From contig JABHUQ010000074.1 of assembly GCA_018658715.1 (NCBI GenBank), positions 12,807-76,806 of the forward strand: a DNA stretch of 64,000 bases, in the 5' to 3' direction. Source of the stretch: Fidelibacterota bacterium. GTDB taxonomy: Bacteria; Fidelibacterota; Marinisomatia; Marinisomatales; UBA1611. Within the stretch, counting starts at the first letter, position 1. Each line of letters starts with the position of its first letter. The notes beneath the pieces were generated by a model. That model was not told the origin of the DNA. It did not search any database and saw only the letters and a list, made by a program, of their open reading frames with translations. This document shows positions 27,181 to 37,252 of this stretch, one piece after another. The position numbers were made by a program, and so were the translations under genes.

Positions 27181-28125
27181 ATGCAACAACTTATTAAAGA
27201 GATAAAATCTAACAATCATGTCGCTTTATCTAGAGTCATATCTAAGATAGAAAATGGCGAATCATTAGGTAATGACTTTTATCAAGAAATACATACTTTA
27301 ACGCAAGATGCAATTCGTATCGGTATTACAGGACCACCAGGAGCTGGGAAAAGTACATTAATTAATGAATTTATTTCTGTGTGTTTAGATAATCATAAAT
27401 CTGTTGGTGTAGTCGCTGTTGACCCAACAAGTCCATTTACTGGTGGAGCTTTATTAGGAGATCGCGTAAGAATGAATAAATTTTTATGGAATGATCAAGT
27501 TTTTATTCGAAGCATGGGATCACATGGCGAATTAGGGGGTCTTGCTCGGAAAGCACAGGATGTCGGTGATGTTTTGGCTGCAAGTGGAAAAGATATCATT
27601 ATATTTGAAACAGTCGGAGTGGGGCAGGGTGAACATGATGTAGCAAAAGCCGTAGATATTACGATTGTTGTCCTTGTCCCTGAATCGGGCGATGAAATCC
27701 AATTGATGAAGGCAGGTCTAATAGAAATTGCAGAATTTTTTGTTGTAAATAAATCTGACAGAGAAGGTGCTGGAAGATTATCACAATTACTTAAAAATAT
27801 TTTGCATACATTTTCGAAAAAAGGTCAAATAGAACCACCAGTTGTAAATACCACTGCTTCAATAGGAGAAGGTATATCAGAATTATATTTAAAATTAATG
27901 AATCATTATTCTCATATGGATGATAAAAATTATCTCGTTGAGAAAAAAATGTCTCGTTATCGTAAAAGAGTACAAACTATTATTAGAGAGAATCTTGAAT
28001 CAGTATTTTGGACAGATGATAGAAATAAATCTCTTCAAGATTCGACTGCGAGTATTGATTCCATTCAAATATCACCGCATACATTAGCAAAAATATTATT
28101 AACTGGGGAAAAAGATGACGGATGA
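27181..28125 (+). CDS. meaB: MeaB/ArgK-type G3E family GTPase (methylmalonyl-CoA mutase-associated chaperone family)
   Basis: It has GITGPPGAGKSTLI (P-loop), VAVDPTSPFTGGALLGDRVRM, FIRSMGSHGELGG, ETVGVGQ and NKSD. Confidence 0.85.
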   Translation: MQQLIKEIKSNNHVALSRVISKIENGESLGNDFYQEIHTLTQDAIRIGITGPPGAGKSTLINEFISVCLDNHKSVGVVAVDPTSPFTGGALLGDRVRMNKFLWNDQVFIRSMGSHGELGGLARKAQDVGDVLAASGKDIIIFETVGVGQGEHDVAKAVDITIVVLVPESGDEIQLMKAGLIEIAEFFVVNKSDREGAGRLSQLLKNILHTFSKKGQIEPPVVNTTASIGEGISELYLKLMNHYSHMDDKNYLVEKKMSRYRKRVQTIIRENLESVFWTDDRNKSLQDSTASIDSIQISPHTLAKILLTGEKDDG

Positions 28126-28852
28126 TTCAACGCTAGAAATGGGATTTTTAGATCACCTAGAAGAACTGCGTTGGCGATTAATTAAAATGTTAGCTTCCAT
28201 AGTAGTTGTTGGAATGGTTGCTTTTACATTTATCGATAATATATTAGCATTATTACTATATCCAACGACTAAAGTTGAAGACAACTTGAAGCTACAGGTT
28301 TTAACTGTGCAAGGTATGTTCATGATTAAATGGTCTATAGCATTTATTGCTGGTATTGTCGGATCAATACCTGTAATTACTTACCAGCTATGGAAATTTG
28401 TCGCTCCTGGACTGTATTTAGATGAAAGAAAATATGCTATTCCTTTGGTCCTATTTACTTTCTTTTCATTTATTACCGGAGTTGTTTTCGCCTATTCAAT
28501 TATTATTCCATTTTCGCTAGAATTTTTTACATCCATGGGCTATGGTGATGTTCAAAATAATTATTCTATTAATTATTATTTTAGTTTTATGACATGGATT
28601 CTCATTGGTTCAGGGCTCATATTTTTACTCCCAGTTGTTTCTTTTTTCTTTTCGGTAATTGGGTTACTTACACCACCATTTATGCGCCATTATCGACGAC
28701 ATTCTATCGTCACTATAATGATTATCTCATCTTTCATTACTCCGCCAGATCCTGTAAGTATGTTAGTTATGGCCACTCCATTAACAATTTTATATGAATT
28801 AAGTATTGGAGTATCTTGGTTTGTCCATCGAAATAAAGATAAATCGGGGTAA
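28115..28852 (+). CDS. tatC: Twin-arginine translocase subunit TatC
   Basis: It has FLDHLEELRWRLIK and six TM segments, with ...YQLWKFVAPGLY..E and ...FITPPDPVSM. It overlaps meaB by 11 nt. Confidence 0.9.
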   Translation: MTDDSTLEMGFLDHLEELRWRLIKMLASIVVVGMVAFTFIDNILALLLYPTTKVEDNLKLQVLTVQGMFMIKWSIAFIAGIVGSIPVITYQLWKFVAPGLYLDERKYAIPLVLFTFFSFITGVVFAYSIIIPFSLEFFTSMGYGDVQNNYSINYYFSFMTWILIGSGLIFLLPVVSFFFSVIGLLTPPFMRHYRRHSIVTIMIISSFITPPDPVSMLVMATPLTILYELSIGVSWFVHRNKDKSG

Positions 28853-28864
28853 CTTGAAAGCCTT

Positions 28865-29854
28865 ATGCGCAAAGATTTAATTACACTAAAGCAAATAACT
28901 AATCCCATTCTGGATGATATCAAAATTTTTCAAAATGAATTTGAAAATGCATTGCGATCTGAAGTTCGATTAATTAATTCCATCACAAAATATATTGTTC
29001 GAAATAAGGGAAAACATATTCGCCCGATTTTAACAATACTTTCTTCTCGGATTTGTGGAGAGCCAACGCTAAATAGTTATAGAGCAGCTGCTATGATGGA
29101 ATTACTCCATGTGGCAACTCTTGTCCATGATGATGTTGTAGATGAAGCAACTAAAAGGCGAGGATTTCCATCTATTAACCAGGTATGGAAAAATAAAGTA
29201 GCTGTTTTAATGGGTGATTTCTTACTTAGTAAAGCGTTAATCAATATGATTGGAATTAAGGATTTTGATGCTTTGGAGTTAATATCGAATACTGCTGAAA
29301 AATTAAGTGCAGGTGAAATTCTCCAATTGGAAAAAAGTATAACAAAATCAATGACAGAGCCTGTTTATTATGATATGATAAATCAAAAAACTGCTTCATT
29401 GATTGCTACCAGTTGCGAATTAGGAGCTATTACAACTTCCAAATCTCCTGAAGATAGAAAAGCAATGTTCACTTATGGTGAAAAGTTAGGCATGGCTTTT
29501 CAAATACAGGATGATTTATTTGACATGCTGGGGAAAGAGTCTGATACAGGAAAAGATGGAGGCGGAGATGTTAAGAAAAATCTCATAACATTGCCGCTGA
29601 TTCATGCATATGATATATTAGGTAAATCCGATTCAAAACAATTAAAAAAATTGATTTCTGTAAAAAATAAATCTAAAAGTACGGTGAATGATATACGTGG
29701 ATTAATTGATTTAGGGGATGGGTTTACCTATGCGAAAAAACAACTCCAAGTATATTCAGAACAAGCATTGGATGCCGTGTTTGGATATCCGGATTCAAAA
29801 GTCAAGCAATCCATGATAGATCTTGTTGCTTTTAATTCTGTTAGAGTGAAATAA
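28865..29854 (+). CDS. ispB: Long-chain polyprenyl diphosphate synthase (IspB-like)
   Basis: It has the first Asp-rich motif LVHDDVVDEATKRRG, the second motif FQIQDDLFD, and KHIRP upstream. Confidence 0.85.
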   Translation: MRKDLITLKQITNPILDDIKIFQNEFENALRSEVRLINSITKYIVRNKGKHIRPILTILSSRICGEPTLNSYRAAAMMELLHVATLVHDDVVDEATKRRGFPSINQVWKNKVAVLMGDFLLSKALINMIGIKDFDALELISNTAEKLSAGEILQLEKSITKSMTEPVYYDMINQKTASLIATSCELGAITTSKSPEDRKAMFTYGEKLGMAFQIQDDLFDMLGKESDTGKDGGGDVKKNLITLPLIHAYDILGKSDSKQLKKLISVKNKSKSTVNDIRGLIDLGDGFTYAKKQLQVYSEQALDAVFGYPDSKVKQSMIDLVAFNSVRVK

Positions 29855-29889
29855 TCTTTTTTATTTCGCTTGATGATAAAATGTAATTA

Positions 29890-31215
29890 ATGGCAATGCT
29901 TAGTTTTACTATTAATTTTGAAAAATTTAAAACTGAGTCATCCGATTTAAAATTTGAATCTGGCCTAAATATTATTTATGGAAATAGCGGTGTTGGAAAA
30001 TCGTCTTTATTACAACTATTATTAGGGAAAAAGAAGCAAAATAACATTCTAAATTTCTCCATATCGCCAATTGAACTACCTAGCTCTATCTCTGTTATTT
30101 ATCAAAATCCAGATATCCAAATAATCACTCCTACAATAGGTGGTGAGTTGGCATTTAGTCTGGAAAACCAATATCATAATCCTGAGACTATTTCTATCGG
30201 TGTCAATACGTTACTAGAATCTTTACCTTTTGTCCCTCAACTTAACCAGAATCCGCTAACATTAAGTGGTGGTGAAAAAGAATTACTCAATATAACCACA
30301 GCTATTAGTACTCAACCAGATTGTGTTTTGATTGATGATGGATTATCGTTCTTGTCCGATTCAGCCAAAATAAAATGTATAGATAAACTGAATAAATATA
30401 CACAAAGAAATAATTCAGTTATTTTATGGTTTACGTCAGAAATAAATGATTTGAAATATAGTACTTTTAATTGGGAATTGACTCTAACAGGATTTATTAA
30501 AGTTGATCAAAATAAAGCATATCAATATGAACACATGGAAATACCTAAAGGAGATGTCGAATTATCTTTTAATCATTTATTTTTTAACTATGACCAAAGA
30601 AATATTTTTTCTGATTTAACTTTTAATCTAAAACCATTTAGGTCTCTTGGGATTACTGGAGATAATGGTTCGGGCAAAACGACTATAGCGCAAATATTGC
30701 AAGGGATTTACAAACCAATAAAAGGGTCATTTTATTTGGCTCAAAATAATTCATCAATTAACAATATAGCTTATTTAGATCAATTTCCAGAAAATTTACT
30801 TCTTGGGAGGTCCTTCAACCATCTTCTTGATCAATTATTAAATGAAGAGAAAATCAATTCTCATTTAATTTCAACTTTCAAGAAACGATTGGAGAGATTT
30901 CATATCCAGTGGGATGCAATATCTCAAATTGATGTCATGGAATTACCATGGTCCATGTTAAGATTAACATTCATTGTTTTATTAACTCATTGTGAGTATG
31001 ATCTTATCATTCTAGATGAACCAAGTTTTGGTTTAGGTTGGAAACAAAAAGTCATTTTAAGACAATATTTAATAGAAAAAATGAACTATAAACATTTCAT
31101 AATGATATCACATGATCGTCTCTTTTTAGAAGCAGTAAGTGACAAGATTTTAGATATAGACATAGAACAATTAACAACAACATTCAAGCAAAATGAACAA
31201 GAAGAAACCGCGTAA
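29890..31215 (+). CDS. Tandem-NBD ABC ATPase (ECF/CbiO-like), asymmetric, with no adjacent permease
   Basis: NBD1 has GNSGVGKSS, YQNP, LSGGEKELL and VLIDDG (Glu replaced by Asp), with no switch His (FTSE). NBD2 has GDNGSGKTT, LDQFP, LPWSM in place of LSGGQ, LIILDEP and ISHD. Confidence 0.75.
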   Translation: MAMLSFTINFEKFKTESSDLKFESGLNIIYGNSGVGKSSLLQLLLGKKKQNNILNFSISPIELPSSISVIYQNPDIQIITPTIGGELAFSLENQYHNPETISIGVNTLLESLPFVPQLNQNPLTLSGGEKELLNITTAISTQPDCVLIDDGLSFLSDSAKIKCIDKLNKYTQRNNSVILWFTSEINDLKYSTFNWELTLTGFIKVDQNKAYQYEHMEIPKGDVELSFNHLFFNYDQRNIFSDLTFNLKPFRSLGITGDNGSGKTTIAQILQGIYKPIKGSFYLAQNNSSINNIAYLDQFPENLLLGRSFNHLLDQLLNEEKINSHLISTFKKRLERFHIQWDAISQIDVMELPWSMLRLTFIVLLTHCEYDLIILDEPSFGLGWKQKVILRQYLIEKMNYKHFIMISHDRLFLEAVSDKILDIDIEQLTTTFKQNEQEETA

Positions 31216-31789
31216 AAAACTTACAGATGATCCAACACGAATATTGACGTTAGCTAATATCATTAGCTTACTTCGTGCTTTTTCAGCCATCCCTATCATA
31301 TATACTATTATAATCCCAGAATATCAATGGCTAACAGCTATCTTAATAATTTTAGCAGTTTTATCGGATGCATTGGATGGCTATTTCGCTCGACGAGCTC
31401 ATGAAGTAACTAATTTTGGTAAATGGTTAGATCCAGCAGCGGATTTTATTGTTATTACAGCTATTGTGTTATACTTAGTTATTTACGGCTTATTCCCAAA
31501 ATGGTTTTTTACATTTTATGTGCTTAGACATATTATTATCGCAGTTCCTGCTATTTATTTTTTAAACTATGGGCATCATGTATTAAGTGCGAATATGTGG
31601 GGGAAATGGGCTACTGGTATTTCTGCTCTGACTGTATTCTTACATATTTTTGAGTTTCATGCTATTCCATGGCTAAAGGATGGCAGTTTATATTCAGCCT
31701 TTGGGTTATTGATTATTAGTCTAATTCTATATTTAAAACTATACGTAACCATAATCGTGAATATTAGAAAGAATCATCATGTTGAATAA
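31193..31789 (+). CDS. CDP-alcohol phosphatidyltransferase family protein
   Basis: DALDGYFARRAHEVTNFGKWLDPAADF equals D-x2-D-G-x2-A-R-x8-G-x3-D-x3-D. It has multiple TM helices and overlaps the ABC ATPase gene by 23 nt. Confidence 0.8.
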   Translation: MNKKKPRKKLTDDPTRILTLANIISLLRAFSAIPIIYTIIIPEYQWLTAILIILAVLSDALDGYFARRAHEVTNFGKWLDPAADFIVITAIVLYLVIYGLFPKWFFTFYVLRHIIIAVPAIYFLNYGHHVLSANMWGKWATGISALTVFLHIFEFHAIPWLKDGSLYSAFGLLIISLILYLKLYVTIIVNIRKNHHVE

Positions 31790-32663
31790 ATTATTCAATG
31801 CATTGCAAAAAACACGCAATTCATTAACATCTGCGTTCAACTCTGTAACTGGACAATCTATTTCAGCTGAAGCATTTGATTCTCTGGAAGAACAATTATT
31901 AGCATCAGATTTAGGATTGAATATGACTGACGATATCTTAGAAATGGCAGATACAGTGAAAAGGAGTGAATTTTTACAAAAAGTTCACCAGCACATTGTC
32001 CGAATTGTAGAAAGTGTCCCAATGATGCCTTCATTTGAAAAACAAACTGTCATAATGATTATTGGAGTTAATGGCACAGGGAAGACGACTTCTGCAGCCA
32101 AGTATGCTAATTATCTTTCTCAAAACGGGAAAAAAGTATTAATGGTAGCTGCTGATACATATCGTGCTGCAGCAGTTGAGCAATTGAGAGTATGGGCAAA
32201 TCGAATTAAGTTGCGTCTTATATTTAATGAAAAAACAGGTGAACCATCTGCTGTTTTGTTCGATGGATTAACAGCTGCAAAAAAAGATAATTCTGACTTC
32301 ATTATTGTCGATACGGCAGGACGTCTTCATACCTATGATAATCTTATGATAGAGTTGAAAAAAATGATTAAAGTTGTTGAAACTCGATTTTCGGAATATG
32401 ATTTAAAAACAGTTTTAACCATTGATGCGACACTTGGACAGAATTCATTAACTCAGGCTAGAGAATTTGCAAAAATAATTAATATTGATGGAGTTATACT
32501 TACAAAAATGGATGGTACTGCAAAAGGGGGTATTGTTTTACCTCTTGCTCAAGAATTGAAAATTCCCATATGGTTTGTTGGTACTGGCGAAGATGTATCT
32601 GATTTTGTTCGATTTGATCCAGAAGAATATGTAACGGGATTATTAGGGGACGATAGTGATTAA
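31779..32663 (+). CDS. ftsY: Signal recognition particle receptor FtsY (NG domain only)
   Basis: It has IGVNGTGKTTSAAK, DTAGRLH, TKMDGTAKGG and the N-terminal LQKTRNSL. Confidence 0.9.
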   Translation: MLNKLFNALQKTRNSLTSAFNSVTGQSISAEAFDSLEEQLLASDLGLNMTDDILEMADTVKRSEFLQKVHQHIVRIVESVPMMPSFEKQTVIMIIGVNGTGKTTSAAKYANYLSQNGKKVLMVAADTYRAAAVEQLRVWANRIKLRLIFNEKTGEPSAVLFDGLTAAKKDNSDFIIVDTAGRLHTYDNLMIELKKMIKVVETRFSEYDLKTVLTIDATLGQNSLTQAREFAKIINIDGVILTKMDGTAKGGIVLPLAQELKIPIWFVGTGEDVSDFVRFDPEEYVTGLLGDDSD

Positions 32664-33945
32664 AAAATTAAATTTGATCAGTTTGGGGTGTGCAAAAAAT
32701 TTGGTGGATTCTGAAATTTTGCTCGGAGGTTTAAAAAATCAAAAAATTAAAATTGTCAATAATCCAGAAAAAGCTGATTCAATCGTAATTAATACGTGTG
32801 GATTTTTAGATATTGCTCGAGAAGAATCAGTAGATGCTATTCTACAAGCTGTTGAATTAAAGAATCAAGGCACTGTTAAAGAATTAGTTGTTATGGGATG
32901 TTTATCTGAGAGATACCCGAATCAATTAAAAGAAGAAATTCCAGAAGTGGATAGATTTTTCGGAAGTAATGACCATCAATTAATTGCTTCATTTCTTACT
33001 GGAAAAGAATTTTCTAAAGATGATCCATTATTTTATCGATCTTTAATGACGCCATCGCATTACGCATATCTTAAAATTGCAGAAGGATGTGATAATGGAT
33101 GTACTTTCTGTAGCATCCCACTTATGCGTGGAAAGCAAAAAAGTCGATCCATTTCAGCCATAATGAATGAAGCAGAAAGATTGGTAAATGGAGGCGTAAA
33201 AGAATTGCTGGTTATTGCGCAAGATACAACTTCCTATGGCTGGGATTTACAGAGTAAAGATTATTTAGATGGTTTGATTAGGGAGTTAAATACACTGGGA
33301 GATGAATTAGATTGGATTAGAGTACATTATGCTCATCCTGCCCATTTAAGCCAAAAGATTATAGATGCTATGGCCGATAGTAAAAAGGTTTGCCGATATC
33401 TGGATATGCCCATACAACATGCATCAGATGATATATTGCAATCTATGAAACGTGGTTTAGGTCAAAACGGTATAAAAGATCGAATAAACAGATTGCGATC
33501 CGCCATCCCTGATATTCGACTAAGAACTACATTAATAACTGGATATCCAGGTGAAACAGAAAAAGATTATCATGAATTGAAAAATTTTATTGAAGAAGTT
33601 GAATTCGACCGATTGGGTATTTTTACTTACTCTGAAGAAGACGATACATTAGCCGCAAACCTAGATGATAATGTTCCACGTCAAGTTAAAGATGATAGAC
33701 GTAATGAATTGTTAGATATTCAAAATGAAATCGCCCTTAAGAAAAATGAAGAATTGGTGGGAAAACAATTAAAAGTATTAGTGGATGAATCCAGTGAATC
33801 TATTTCTGTTGCACGAACGGAGTATGATTCACCAGAAGTGGATAATATTGTTAGACTTGATGGGAGTCATAAAGTAGGCTCCTTTATAGATGTTATAATT
33901 GATAGTGTGAATGAGTATGAGTTATTTGCGTCTATAATTCAATAA
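32656..33945 (+). CDS. rimO: Ribosomal protein S12 methylthiotransferase RimO (radical SAM)
   Basis: The N-terminal ISLGCAKNLVDSE is RimO-type. It has the radical-SAM CDNGCTFC motif and a C-terminal TRAM-like region. A GTG start overlaps the ftsY end. Confidence 0.85.
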   Translation: MIKKLNLISLGCAKNLVDSEILLGGLKNQKIKIVNNPEKADSIVINTCGFLDIAREESVDAILQAVELKNQGTVKELVVMGCLSERYPNQLKEEIPEVDRFFGSNDHQLIASFLTGKEFSKDDPLFYRSLMTPSHYAYLKIAEGCDNGCTFCSIPLMRGKQKSRSISAIMNEAERLVNGGVKELLVIAQDTTSYGWDLQSKDYLDGLIRELNTLGDELDWIRVHYAHPAHLSQKIIDAMADSKKVCRYLDMPIQHASDDILQSMKRGLGQNGIKDRINRLRSAIPDIRLRTTLITGYPGETEKDYHELKNFIEEVEFDRLGIFTYSEEDDTLAANLDDNVPRQVKDDRRNELLDIQNEIALKKNEELVGKQLKVLVDESSESISVARTEYDSPEVDNIVRLDGSHKVGSFIDVIIDSVNEYELFASIIQ

Positions 33946-34013
33946 TATTACTATAATAATATTTTATAGTCTGCCATTGACCCCCGTCAGTAATAATACG
34001 TAAATTAGACAAT

Positions 34014-36020
34014 ATGGCAGAGTTTAAAATTCATTCAGATTTCAAGCCTTCAGGTGACCAGCCGCAAGCAATTAATGAAATAGTGCGTGGACTTAATAAT
34101 AGCGATTCATATCAAACATTATTAGGCGTCACTGGATCTGGTAAAACATTTACTATGGCTAATGTAATCCAAGAAGTGCAAAGGCCCACTCTAATAATGT
34201 CACATAATAAAACTTTGGCCGCACAACTCTATGGGGAATTCAAGCAATTATTCCCAAACAATGCTGTAGAATATTTCATAAGCTATTATGATTATTATCA
34301 GCCAGAAGCTTATTTGCCAGTGACAGATACATTTATCGAAAAAGATGCGTCAGTTAATGAAGAAATAGATAAACTAAGGCTAAAAGCCACCAGTTCACTC
34401 ATGTCTCGTAAAGATGTTATTGTCGTTAGCTCTGTTTCATGTATTTATGGCATTGGATCGCCAGATGATTATAAAGACCAAGTAGTTGGAGTAAAAAAAG
34501 GGGAAATTCTTGATCGCCGGAAATTTTTAGCGAACTTAATACATATTCATTATGCACGTAATGATGCTGTGCTTGAGCGTGGAAATATTCGTGTAAGGGG
34601 TGATGTGATTGAAGTATTCCCAGCATACGAAGATGTTTGTGTTCGTGTAGAGTTATTTGGAGCAGAAGTGGAACAAATCGTTACTTTTGATCCATTGACA
34701 GGCGAATTAATCCACGAATTGGATCAAGTGTTCATTTATCCAGCAAAACATTTTGTAACGGATATGGATACAATCCATCGTGTTATTGGAGAGATTCGTC
34801 ATGAATTAACACATAGGTTGGAATTCTTAAGAAATAATAACAAACTATTGGAGGCTCAACGACTTGAGCAAAGAACAAATTTTGATATAGAAATGATGGT
34901 GGAATTGGGCTATTGTTCTGGAATAGAAAACTACTCTAGATATTTTGCTGGACGGAAAGAAGGGGAAAAGCCTTTTACATTGATTGATTTTTTCCCGGAT
35001 GATTTTATAACAATTTTAGATGAATCTCATGTGACTTTGCCACAAATCCAAGGTATGTATAACGGCGATCGCGCTAGAAAAGAAGTATTAGTTGAGCATG
35101 GATTTCGCTTACCTAGTGCTTTGGATAATCGGCCATTAAAATATGATGAATTTTTAAAAGCCCAGAAACAAGTATTGTTTACATCAGCTACACCATCACA
35201 TAGAGAGCTTGAATTAACTAATGGATCATTTATTGAACAAGTGATACGTCCTACAGGTTTATTAGACCCTGAAGTAGATGTGAGAGAAACCAAAGGTCAG
35301 ATCGATGACCTAATAGGAGAAATAAGATATCGAGCTAAGCGAAATGAACGTGTATTAATTACCACGTTAACGAAGAGAATGTCCGAAGATTTAACTGAAT
35401 ATATGAGCGGTCTTCAAATTAGAGTACGTTATCTCCATAGTGATATAAATTCTTTAGAACGGGTAAAAATATTACGTGATTTACGCTTAGGAGAATTTGA
35501 TGCTTTAGTAGGAATCAATCTCCTAAGAGAAGGTCTCGATTTACCTGAAGTAAGTCTTGTTGCAGTATTGGATGCTGATAAACAGGGGTTTTTACGTTCG
35601 AAAAGTTCATTACTTCAAGTTGCAGGAAGAGCGGCAAGACATCAAGAAGGGCTTGTAATTTTATATGCAGACAAAGTTTCTGATGCCATGGAATATCTTA
35701 TGTCAGAAACAAAGCGCAGAAGAAAGAGGCAAGATACATTTAATAAAGAAAATAATATCGTCCCTAAATCGATATACAAAAATATGGATGATATAATACA
35801 TAGTACTGCAGTTGCTGACTCAATGGGTGAAACGATTATCGAAGAGAAACAAGGTAAGCGGATGGTTCCCTTCAATGAGCTAGATAAAAAATTAGCTCTA
35901 GATATGATGCGGCAAGAAATGATGAAATCTGCTGAACACTTAGATTTTGAAAGAGCAGCAAAACTACGTGATGAAATTATTCAACTTGAAAAAGAATTAG
36001 AAAAATCATTTAAGGAGTAG
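34014..36020 (+). CDS. uvrB: Excinuclease ABC subunit B
   Basis: It has GDQPQAI, GVTGSGKTFT, the beta-hairpin YYDYYQPEAY, DESH and the C-terminal UVR motif FERAAKLRDEI. Confidence 0.97.
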   Translation: MAEFKIHSDFKPSGDQPQAINEIVRGLNNSDSYQTLLGVTGSGKTFTMANVIQEVQRPTLIMSHNKTLAAQLYGEFKQLFPNNAVEYFISYYDYYQPEAYLPVTDTFIEKDASVNEEIDKLRLKATSSLMSRKDVIVVSSVSCIYGIGSPDDYKDQVVGVKKGEILDRRKFLANLIHIHYARNDAVLERGNIRVRGDVIEVFPAYEDVCVRVELFGAEVEQIVTFDPLTGELIHELDQVFIYPAKHFVTDMDTIHRVIGEIRHELTHRLEFLRNNNKLLEAQRLEQRTNFDIEMMVELGYCSGIENYSRYFAGRKEGEKPFTLIDFFPDDFITILDESHVTLPQIQGMYNGDRARKEVLVEHGFRLPSALDNRPLKYDEFLKAQKQVLFTSATPSHRELELTNGSFIEQVIRPTGLLDPEVDVRETKGQIDDLIGEIRYRAKRNERVLITTLTKRMSEDLTEYMSGLQIRVRYLHSDINSLERVKILRDLRLGEFDALVGINLLREGLDLPEVSLVAVLDADKQGFLRSKSSLLQVAGRAARHQEGLVILYADKVSDAMEYLMSETKRRRKRQDTFNKENNIVPKSIYKNMDDIIHSTAVADSMGETIIEEKQGKRMVPFNELDKKLALDMMRQEMMKSAEHLDFERAAKLRDEIIQLEKELEKSFKE

Positions 36021-36028
36021 CCATAAAA

Positions 36029-37252
36029 ATGGATATAGAACGAATTCAAAAATTATCAGGTATTATTGGTCATTCAGATCGAATTAGAGAAGTCCTAGAT
36101 CTAATCGTTCAAATTGGCCCAGTGGATATTACAACTCTAATCAATGGACCATCAGGTGTAGGGAAAGAAATGGTTGCAAAAGCGGTTCATTTAGCAAGTC
36201 GTCGCTCACGAGAAGAATTAATAACTGTAAATTGCGGTGCAATTCCAGAAGGCATTATTGAAAGTGAATTATTTGGACATAAAAAAGGTTCATTTACAGG
36301 TGCAGGTGATGACAGAAAAGGGTATTTTGAATCTGCGAATAAAGGTACCATTTTCTTAGATGAGATTGGGGAAACACCATTAGCCACACAAGTTAAATTA
36401 TTACGTGTTCTTGAGACAGGAGAATTCATGCGTGTCGGGGATTCAAAAACTCTTAAAACGGATGTTCGAGTTATCGCAGCAACAAATAAAAATCTTGGAG
36501 ATATGGTACAAAATGGAACATTTAGACAAGATTTATATTATCGATTGAAGACAGTTACAATTAATGTTCCTGCATTAAAAGATCGTGTAGAAGATATAAC
36601 TCATCTTGTGGAACGATTTGCATTAGAGTTTACTCGGAGTAATGAAATATTATACAGAGGATTTATGCCAGAAGCAATTCGCATGATGAAAAAGTATAAT
36701 TGGCCAGGGAATGTTAGAGAATTGAAAAATTTTGTTCAAAAAATTCTTGTATTGGAAAAAGGGGAAAGAATTACAGTAGCTATGGTTTCTAGAGAATTGG
36801 GCGATGCACTGCCCTCGATTGATATTAATCATAATTTACCTGTTTTAGTTTCAGACCAACCTGAAAGAGCTGAAATAGATTTAATACTTCGACAATTATT
36901 TCTTCTGAGACAAGATTCTGAAACAATACGAAATCAACTCATGGCAATAGTCCAAAATGGTGGATTAAGCAATATTCCTATTCCCGTGGGTGATAATCTG
37001 AATGTGGGTGTCCCGATTCATGATAAATCTATGGAAATAACCGATGATCATGCCTACTTTATTAGAGACGAAGTCATTGGTGACATGGCTATTAAAGATT
37101 TAGAGAAAGAAGCTATCACGCGTACACTTAAATTCTTTAACAATAATCGGCGAAAATCAGCAAAATCATTAAATATGAGTGAACGTACATTGTATAGAAA
37201 AATAGAAGAATTTGGGTTGGAACCTAAAATAAAGAAATCAAATGAATCCTAA
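36029..37252 (+). CDS. Sigma-54-dependent transcriptional activator (bEBP) lacking an N-terminal sensory domain
   Basis: The AAA+ core starts at about residue 10: GPSGVGKE, ESELFGH, the GAFTGA-type loop GSFTGA, FLDEIG and RVIAATN. A C-terminal Fis-type HTH (KSAKSLNMSERTLYRKIEEFGL) follows. Confidence 0.85.
   Translation: MDIERIQKLSGIIGHSDRIREVLDLIVQIGPVDITTLINGPSGVGKEMVAKAVHLASRRSREELITVNCGAIPEGIIESELFGHKKGSFTGAGDDRKGYFESANKGTIFLDEIGETPLATQVKLLRVLETGEFMRVGDSKTLKTDVRVIAATNKNLGDMVQNGTFRQDLYYRLKTVTINVPALKDRVEDITHLVERFALEFTRSNEILYRGFMPEAIRMMKKYNWPGNVRELKNFVQKILVLEKGERITVAMVSRELGDALPSIDINHNLPVLVSDQPERAEIDLILRQLFLLRQDSETIRNQLMAIVQNGGLSNIPIPVGDNLNVGVPIHDKSMEITDDHAYFIRDEVIGDMAIKDLEKEAITRTLKFFNNNRRKSAKSLNMSERTLYRKIEEFGLEPKIKKSNES

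Noticed and set aside
33978-33989. Palindrome TGAC-cccc-GTCA 25 nt upstream of uvrB, as a possible SOS/LexA-type operator.
   Set aside because: It has only 4-bp arms and matches none of the LexA box consensi I know (CTGT-N8-ACAG, GAAC-N4-GTTC, and others). It could equally be chance or part of a promoter.
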